Shown: positions 56,290-64,000 of the stretch, in pieces | Layout of the letters: each line of letters starts with the position of its first letter | Numbering within the stretch: position 1 is the first letter of the stretch | From: the human T2T-CHM13v2.0 reference genome, Homo sapiens | DNA: 64,000 nucleotides | Assembly: GCF_009914755.1 (NCBI RefSeq) | Contig: NC_060926.1 | Strand: one strand, 5' to 3' | The notes under the pieces: model-generated | Databases searched by the model: none | Told to the model about the DNA's origin: nothing | Seen by the model: the letters and a program-made list of their open reading frames with translations, nothing else | Made by a program: the position numbers and the translations under genes

Positions 56290-57320
56290 AATAGTGGCAT
56301 GTAATTCTTTTCATACATTGTTGAATTGAATTTGATAATATTCTGTTGAAGTATTTTTTATCTATATTCATAAAAGATATTGGTCTCTAGTTTTTTTTCT
56401 TGTAATATCTTCATCTGGTTTTAGTATTAGGGTAATGATGGCTTCATAGAATATTAGAAGGTATCCCTGCTACTTCTATCTTCTTGAAGAGATATAGAGA
56501 ATTGTTATAATTTCTTCCTTAAATTTCTGGTAGAACTCACCATTGAACTCATCTAGGCCAGGTATTTTATCTTTTGGAAGATTATTTTCTTTTTAATATC
56601 CAAGGAATGTGTAGTGATGTCTCCTCTTCCCTTTCTGATATTAATAATTTGTGTTTTCTGTTTTTATGTAGTTAGCCTGCCTAGAGGGTTATCAATTGTA
56701 TTGCTCACTTTAAAAAACCAGCTTTTTGTTTCATCGGTTTTCCTCTATTAATTTCCTATTTTCATTTCATTGATTTCCACTCTAATTTCGTTATATCTTT
56801 TCTTAGGCTTACTTTGGATTTCATTTGCTCTTCTTTTCTGGTTTCCTAAAATGGATAATTAGATTATTGATTTTACTTATTTCTTCTTTTCTAATATAAG
56901 CATTCAATGCTACACATTTCCCTCTAAGTACTGCATTCTCTGCATCCCACACATTATGACAAATTCTGTTTTAATTTCCATTTAGTTCAAAGTCTTTTTA
57001 ATTTCTCTTAAAATTTCTTGTTTGACCCATGTGTTATTTAATCCTCAAGTACTTGAGGATCTTTCAGTTATCTTTCTGTCATTAATTTCCAGTTTAATTT
57101 CTTTGTGGTCTGAGAGTATCCATTGTACAATTCCTTTTATTTTAAATGTGAAGGTATGCTTAATGGCATAGAATGTGTTCTATTCTGGTGAATGTCCCAT
57201 GTGAACTTTAGAAGAATGTGTATTCTGCTGTTGTTGAATAAGTATTCTGTAGACATTAATTATATTCAATTGGTTGATGCTGCTGTTGATTTCAACTATA
57301 CCATTCTGGAATTTCTGCCT

Positions 57321-57447
57321 GTTAGATTTGTTCAAAAACTCCTAATTTTTCAGTTTAGAAATTAATTCAGTTATTTTTTATACACTGTCAAACAAACAAA
57401 AAACACCTGCTTGAAATATTACAATGTGTTAAATCTAACACAACCTT
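57321..57447 (+). mobile_element. MER102-like, 3' half
   Basis: tagatttgttcaaaaactcctaatttttca...taattcag...acactgtc...aacaaaaaacacctgc. Confidence 0.55.
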
Positions 57448-58628
57448 TAAAATGGTATATGTCGAAATAAACACCATGAGAAGTTAAACTATCTGTTTAT
57501 CATACAGCTACTTCAAGGTGGGACTGAGAAAAAGACTTAATTTATTAGATACCAGTAGACCCCAGTATTGTCTCCTCTATACCACGCTTCCCAGTGATTG
57601 TTAACAACAAGTTCTGTACAATAAGATAGCCCTTTATTTGACAAGGAATCTATCTTACAGTAACTTTTAAAATATTTGATTTATTATTATTTTGAAGAAA
57701 CTACCACACATTAAAATTATTTTCAAAATGTTTTGAAGAATGATACATTCCAATGCAAGATTCAATGTGACAATATTACGATTCCAGTGCCCTAACCGTA
57801 CAGTGTTATAGCTCAGTTGCTACCTCCTGCCTGCCAATAGAGAAGTGCTCTGTCAATGCAAACTCTTTGGGTCTTCACCTGTTAGGAAAAATAAAATCAA
57901 TTTTTATCCCTCAAATTTTCAGGAGGTTACCAAAACAGTTCATTCCTGTTTTCAACAGGAATTTGGAAAGGTAGAGAATTCAGTGTGGAAGAAAGATCAT
58001 AGCAAGAAAGAAAGTTTATAAAAGATAAAACAGATGTTAAACAGAAAGTGGGGTATTGCATCTTTAATAAAATACAGTGAAAAAAATAAATATGGTTGGG
58101 AATCTTTAATTTTTTGAGAGCGTTATTTATATTTATGAACATGAAAGGTCATTGTATGTAATAGAAGATTATTTATGAAAGTGTCTGTAAGGCGTAAAAA
58201 CCCTAAACGTTTCCCTATATCCAAATGAGGTGTGTCAGTTGTTGATATCGTTGATACCTTGGAGGCTCAATGTCTGTGGTATAGACAGGGATCTGTGAAT
58301 TCTGATACATAAAAAATGTCTCGGTAAGAAGCTATTTTAGGTAATGAAAATATCATAAACTTCATGGGATAAAGGTCATGTAATATTGAGAAGGAGATAC
58401 TACACATTTAGAAAAGGAAATGAGAAGAAAGAGCAATCCAATGACACTGACAGATGTTTCCAAAGAACTATTGCATCATCTCTTTTTCAGAGTCTGCAGA
58501 GGTTATAACAGGTCCTGATGTTGGGTTTTTTAAATTATTTTTTATTTTTTGTTTTTTTAAATAAGGGAGCAATTCCAAACTCTCATATTATTGTTGTATG
58601 ATGCTTTTTTCAACTTTAAAGAAAATTA

Positions 58629-58998
<370 letters not shown>

Positions 58999-59229
58999 TC
59001 ATTTAACACACTACTTACACACTATTGTGGATTTCACATATATTTGTGAAATATATATGCTTCTATTTTCAAATAAGCTTGTTTTAGGCAAAGCAAATTA
59101 CAGACAGATACCTGAAATACTAGTCAATCAATTTATATGATCTATGTAAAAACACAGTTTTATCCTGTGTGCCAAAAAAGTCTTTGATTGTTGTGTTCAT
59201 TAGAAATTAGCAAATCTAGTCTGTCTGCT

Positions 59230-59535
59230 ATTTCAGAGTCTTTGCACATCTTCTGTCTGACAGGAACATATAAAAGCTCTCTCTTTACAGCTAGTTCCTT
59301 TAGAGGTCCTCTGTGATCACCCTCCTTTCTTTGATCTCAGTAAACTGTACTCTTCTTTATAGCCCTTGTTTGCTTGCTTGTTTACAACTGGTTTCACCTA
59401 AAAGTGTATAAACTCCATTAGAATAAGGAATAAGAATGTTTATTCACCATGATTGTGTGCACAGCTTTTAATAAATGCCTGGCAATTATTATGTGCACAA
59501 TAAATATTTGTTCTGAGAATAAGTAAATGAATAAA
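59230..59535 (+). mobile_element. L2 3' end
   Basis: tctttgcacatcttctgtctg; tataaactccattaga; aataaatatttgttctgagaataagtaaatgaat. Confidence 0.8.
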
Positions 59536-59890
59536 TATGAAATAGCATAAAAAGCACTGAATTTGAGGTCAAAAGACTTGGGTTCTTCTTACTCCTCTGA
59601 TGCCTTTCCAGCTATATAAGCCAATTATTTATCTTGGCCTTATTTAATAGGTGAGAATAGGGATATAAAAGTAAGGCTTCTCTTACATGGTGGTTATTAG
59701 GATGAAAGACAATCAATGAGAAGTGTAAGCACATGATAGGTTCGTGGTAAACCTAGTTGTTATTAAGGTTGTGTAGCCATGGGTAATTCATCTGTAAAAT
59801 CAGTAATTGCATTATTGTGAAGTGACAATATGATTGCTATGAGTTTTGTGCCTGGCACAGAGTAGGCACATGGCAGACGTCTGTTGAATA
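59536..59890 (+). mobile_element. MIR fragments
   Basis: aaaagcactgaatttgaggtcaaaagacttgggttc; ttcatctgtaaaat; gtgcctggcacagagtagg. Confidence 0.7.
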
Positions 59891-61009
59891 TGCATTTTAA
59901 GACACTGTATCCTGTAATATTAATTTCAATACTCACATTTTACCTTCTTGTGTTTGAGAAAAAAATTTTACATTTGCAGAAATTTTTCTTGTTATGTTTT
60001 CATCAACATCTGTTTCTTTTTCATATTTAGCTTTATTTGAGGATATATTTTGATGATAATTCTTGATGATTTACTAATGACAATAAATTCAAGTTGAATT
60101 TCTCTTTTTCACTTTCCTCTTACAGTAACACATGATTCTGATTATCACTAAATTCTCCTTTTTCATGTAGTGCTGATTAGTTTGCTCTTTGAGAAAGCCA
60201 TCATTAACTGTTGCCCCACTGTGAAAATTTTCAAGATAATAAAATGATCAGCTGTCAAGAGTGAATAGAAATTGAAATGCAAATCTAAACATTTAACCTG
60301 TGTAGGGAAAAGCATTCTGAATAAGCTTCATCAAACCCTAATATTAGTATTGAAAATAAGTAGCATCAGACAATATGATAATATTACAGTGATGAAATGG
60401 CTTGGATGTCTCAAAATGGGATAGAAATATCAATGTAAAACACTCATTACAATAAATTGAGCTATGTAAATTGTTTTGAGTATCAAGGAAAGGTGAAACA
60501 GAAGCGATTTAAAATATAATAGCTTCCCAGGAATTTGTTAAGAATCACTGCCTTACTGCAGAAACCATGACAAATCTGCAATATTTTCTGTCCGGATTCA
60601 CTGATTTTTAGCTGACCTCCTCTACTCATTTCTACCAACTCAACTTTCTTTCCAAGACCATGCCAATGCTATAGTCTGCATTCTCTGCAAATTCTCCACA
60701 TTGGTTCCTCTGTTTAGTTGCCATCTTTCCCCCTGATCTTCATTTCTTTCTCTTTCCATGTCATTCCCCCTCCTCTTTCTGCCAACTTGTCTTCACTTTT
60801 TCTTTCCAACTGTTTTAAATTCAAGACACCCTTTAAGAACTTTACAAATGTTATTGACCCTTTCTCCAGAGAAGTGCATATGTGCACATATAACCTCTTT
60901 CACTTTTAATTTTAGAGGATTCTTAGACATCCTAAAGCCTAATCCTGGATAAAACTCCAGGTGAAAAATTGTGTTAGCAATTTCTTCCCAATTCTCAAAG
61001 CAGTAGCAA

Positions 61010-61230
61010 CAGTTACCATTTATTGGATAACTGTCATACAGCAGGTGCTATGCTGGATATCTTTTATTCTTTGTCTCTAAAACTCACAAGCCTCATTTAA
61101 CAGAAGATGACATTGAATGGTAAAGAAGTTAAATAATTTGCCCACTGATACACAATTAGTTGATAGTGAAGTTGGGATGTGAATCTGAATCTAATTCTAA
61201 TTGCATCCTGTTCTTGCTGCACTACACTGC
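61010..61230 (-). mobile_element. MIR
   Basis: ttaccatttattgga...ctcatttaacagaaga...gttaaataatttgccca...gttgggatgtgaatc. Confidence 0.8.
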
Positions 61231-61419
61231 TTCATGAGACTTGGTGAGAAGAGGAAGGAGAGACAGAGAAAGTAATTGAAATATCGTAGATTACAATAAT
61301 AAATTGGAGTTTGTATAAGGTATTAGTTATTCCATATGCAATATATGATGTCCTTTTATATAGAAGTATTAGGTAGGGATGGGCAATATTGTTTTCAGTT
61401 AGTATACAGTAGATATACA

Positions 61420-61640
61420 TACTGATTGTTAAATATTGAAAAAATGTATTTACCAGTCAAAGTGTTTAACAGAAAAGATTCAGCATTAAGTTCCCCAAGT
61501 GCTCTTCTTATGGCTGATCTGGCTTCCCAGCCCTTCACAAAGGACATATCACTATTATAGGGCTAAAACTTGTTTACATCAGGCCCCAGCTATGGCTAGT
61601 TCAGATGTGGAGATGTTAAATATTTTGAATATCACTCTTG
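61420..61640 (-). mobile_element. Possible ancient hAT (Tip100-type) relic
   Basis: Reverse complement of the right end reads caagagtgatattcaaaatatttaac, resembling a recalled hAT terminus; interior not recognised. Confidence 0.3.
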
Positions 61641-62879
61641 GTCTTTCTCTACTTCTTTCTTAACTAGTCATACTCAACTCATTTTGTAATCATTTATTAT
61701 TAACTTTGAAAGTGTACTTCTATTCCTATAAAAGCATTATGAAAAGTGAAAAAAAATTCTTTGGATTTTGCTCACAATTTTGATATGTATTCTGAACTTC
61801 ATTTCTCATTTCTTTTTATAAATTCTGTAAGAACACAGATGATTTAAAATAATCTTGAAAAAATCTTCTATCACACAAGTCATGTCAAATTGCAATTTGT
61901 ATTCTTTTATTGTCTTACCACTATTGAGTGTAAAAAGCAAACAAAATCCTCATTTTTATTATAGGTATATTGAATAAATCCAAAGTCACAGTAGAGGATT
62001 TTGGATTGTCTACAAATAAGAATGAGCTTGTTTATAATTGAGATTTTAAAAACTTACATAGACTCTAAGAACACAAGATTTTAAATATAGCTCACTAACA
62101 TATTTTTTATGTATTTTGATGAAAAGTTATGTTTGGCACCAAAAATGTGAAATTACCAGAAAAAACTAAATTTGTCATTTCATAAATGGAGTTCTTTTTC
62201 TAATACCTCTCTAAAAAACTGATGATAGAAAAATTTTCTAAATACTAATAAAAACTGTTGCAAACTAGAAAAAGAGAGACTATTCCTAACCTGCTATCTT
62301 GTATAAGCAACTCATTCTTGGGTTGTTACTAAGAAAATCTTGATCACTCTCTACTTCTAATTATCCAATGATTTAATAATCAGGTATTTTGCTACATGGA
62401 TCCTATGCCCTGATTAATTTTCTTTAGTCTAATTAAATTCAATTAAACTATGCAGGGAGTCATCTTCGCTTCTTTGCATATTTTTTCCTCACCAACTCTA
62501 ACTAGCCTCCTTATTCTTCCTTAGTCTCATCAAATTTGCTGCTTCAAAGCATTCACAAATGTGATAAGGTATGTGAAAACTAGTATTTTGCACAGCATGG
62601 TACACATATAACACTGATAGCGATTCAAGGGTATAGAGAAAAACTTTTTTTCATTTTTATAATTATATTCTTTATTTTAGTGTAGATTAAGAGAATAACA
62701 AGAATTACCACATCAAGGACATCCTTTCATGAAAATTATTGCTTAGAATGAGTTTAGGAGTTTAGATCCTCCATTACCTTGTGCTCTAGAAGGCAACTAA
62801 ACTTAAACCAAATAGGGAGGCCAGTTGTCCCTTGGTTTGCAATCACTTCTATATTCCCTAATTTTCAGCACTAATGTCA

Positions 62880-63650
62880 TCATGCCTCACACTTCTGTTC
62901 ACTTCCAACAGCGCTAGAAGCTCAACCATCTTGGATTCTCTAACATCTTATTAATTATCATCTTCCAAATATTCCAAATACTCCATACAATCCCTAATAA
63001 ATTCTGCCCCCCGCCCCTCCCCACAACTTCCTTCCTAAACCATTTCACAATACTTTTGAGAATTCTCACTGCATCCAAAGAACGTGTCCTTCTATCTTCA
63101 AACTCATCTATGATTTTCTTCACTTCCATACTCTTAGTGAAAACTTGATCTCTCCTGAGACTATTGTTCCCCTGCTATGTTCAAATAAAACCTAGGGTGC
63201 TTTTTCTTTTCTTTTTCTCCCACACCTCATGTGCCTTTAGGACCTGTAGCTACAATAAGTGTTTTATTTGTCCACTACTGGTCCTTCCTGTCTCTACCCT
63301 TTCCTCCTTAAAAAACAACTCCTTTAAAGCACCTTATCAAATTTTACCATCCTTTACTTCTTTTTATTGTCATTTGCTAACTTCTTGATCACATTATATC
63401 ATTTATGGATGATGTCAGCAACAAGCTGCTGACATCTCTGCCAGTGTTCTTGGAGATTTCCACTGTCCATCCCAAGCCTGGCCTTTTAGTTCCTCTGGTC
63501 ATTAAAAATTATCTTTTCTTTTATTTTGATCTTTAGTCACTGCCATGTCCTCTGACTTTCTTGTTGAATACCATCATTTCTTATTTGCATATTTTCTCTC
63601 AAAACTTTATCCATTCCACTCTTTCGTCAGAACTATACCTTCTAGTCTAT
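62880..63650 (+). mobile_element. L2-like ORF region, highly diverged
   Basis: Pyrimidine-rich; ttcttggagatttccactgtccat; tggccttttagttcctctg; ataccatcatttcttat. Confidence 0.5.
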
Positions 63651-63967
<317 letters not shown>

Positions 63968-64000
63968 TCCATCCATTCTTCATACATCAGCTAGGTGGAT

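Overview
AT-rich, CpG-depleted primate (most likely human) non-coding DNA, either a large intron or intergenic. It is dominated by interspersed repeats: 9 full-length Alus and 2 FLAM/Alu monomers, old L1M/HAL1 and L1PA/PB fragments, L2, MIR, MaLR solo LTRs (MLT1, THE1, MSTA/THE1D), and hAT and Tigger DNA-transposon relics. I cannot support any protein-coding exon, RNA gene or CRISPR array, and I cannot name the locus; the ORF track is explained by repeat-derived or chance ORFs. The most unusual structure is an ungapped 174-bp, ~90%-identical inverted duplication of apparently non-repeat sequence (26102-26275 / 27635-27808), whose left arm seems to lie between the target-site duplication (TSD) and terminus of a MER63A. 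Also notable are a nested MER102>L1MC>MLT1A0/Alu complex with an internal inversion-deletion, an AT-rich palindrome, an inverted AluSc pair and a few unverified microexon-like signals. Subfamily names come from recalled consensus sequences and boundaries of old elements are approximate. I found no evidence of a novel multi-component biological system.
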